IMG/VR virus record: IMGVR_UViG_3300027704_003324
Location: 1-64,000 of that record
Source: a virus
Length of the DNA: 64,000 nucleotides
Direction: 5' to 3' (one strand)
The notes beneath the pieces are model-generated. The model did not search any database and was not told where the DNA came from. It worked only from the letters and a program-made list of their open reading frames with translations. Below are positions 63,800-64,000 of this stretch, in pieces. A program made the translations under genes and the position numbers. The first letter of the stretch is position 1. The number at the start of each line of letters is the position of its first letter.

Positions 63800-63838
63800 A
63801 TATTCTTATATATTATTGGTTGATAGTTAGACAAAAAC

Positions 63839-63864
63839 GTCTCCGAAACGTGAATATCGGAGAC
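63839..63864. other. 8-bp perfect hairpin in the nrdB leader
   Basis: GTCTCCGA-N10-TCGGAGAC followed on the minus strand by GTTTTTG. Confidence 0.6.
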
Positions 63865-63885
63865 TAAAATAAATAGCATATATAT

Positions 63886-64000
63886 TTAGGTTTTGTCGAA
63901 TATTTTTTCCATTTTTTCTTTAGTTAAGCTGTAAATCGGCTTATCGTCGGGAATTAAGTCTGAAGCGTTAGCTTCTCCGTCAAAAGTAATATGACCATTA
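63886..64000 (-). CDS. 3' end of an upstream gene (partial)
   Basis: open frame ...NGHITFDGEANASDLIPDDKPIYSLTKEKMEKIFDKT* running off the window edge. Confidence 0.5.
   Translation of the reverse strand, partial: NGHITFDGEANASDLIPDDKPIYSLTKEKMEKIFDKT

Noticed and set aside
1-64000. Bacterial chromosome or capsule locus interpretation
   Set aside because: Single-strand dense orphan-rich layout, PolA without a 5'-3' exonuclease domain, no ribosomal or transport operons, and no wzx/wzy/kps export genes.
1-64000. Stop-codon reassignment as in some large Bacteroidota phages
   Set aside because: Conserved genes translate full length in the standard code, and TAA, TAG and TGA all occur as apparent stops.

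Overview
This 64-kb, AT-rich, densely coding window has essentially every real gene on the minus strand. It looks like part of a large lytic dsDNA phage of a Bacteroidota (probably Flavobacteriaceae) host. The evidence is a family-A DNA polymerase, class Ia RNR, GroES/GroEL/Hsp20/J-domain genes, one tRNA-Ala, a lysis-like cassette, many orphans, few Shine-Dalgarno-like sites, and about 20 copies of a Bacteroidota-type promoter (AGTTG-N16-TTCGTATMTTWA). Main modules: (1) a complete 7-deazaguanine DNA-modification pathway (folE, queD, queE, queC, queF, dpdA-like, PurN-like dpdN), interleaved with a PRTase, a MazG-like pyrophosphatase, a P-loop kinase, two nucleases and polA; (2) two compact preQ1-class-I-like riboswitch aptamers in the leaders of the folE and queD/queE operons, the most striking observation; (3) a candidate 6S-like rod-shaped RNA next to the tRNA; (4) a nonulosonic-acid (NeuA/NeuB/Maf-like) glycosylation island, plus sulfation, carbamoylation and acylation enzymes; (5) unrelated tailoring enzymes sharing a C-terminal K-x-x-hydrophobic-I/L tag, headed by a Hint-domain protein that could cleave off its own tag. 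All family calls come from motif recognition by eye. No database searches or folding programs were run.
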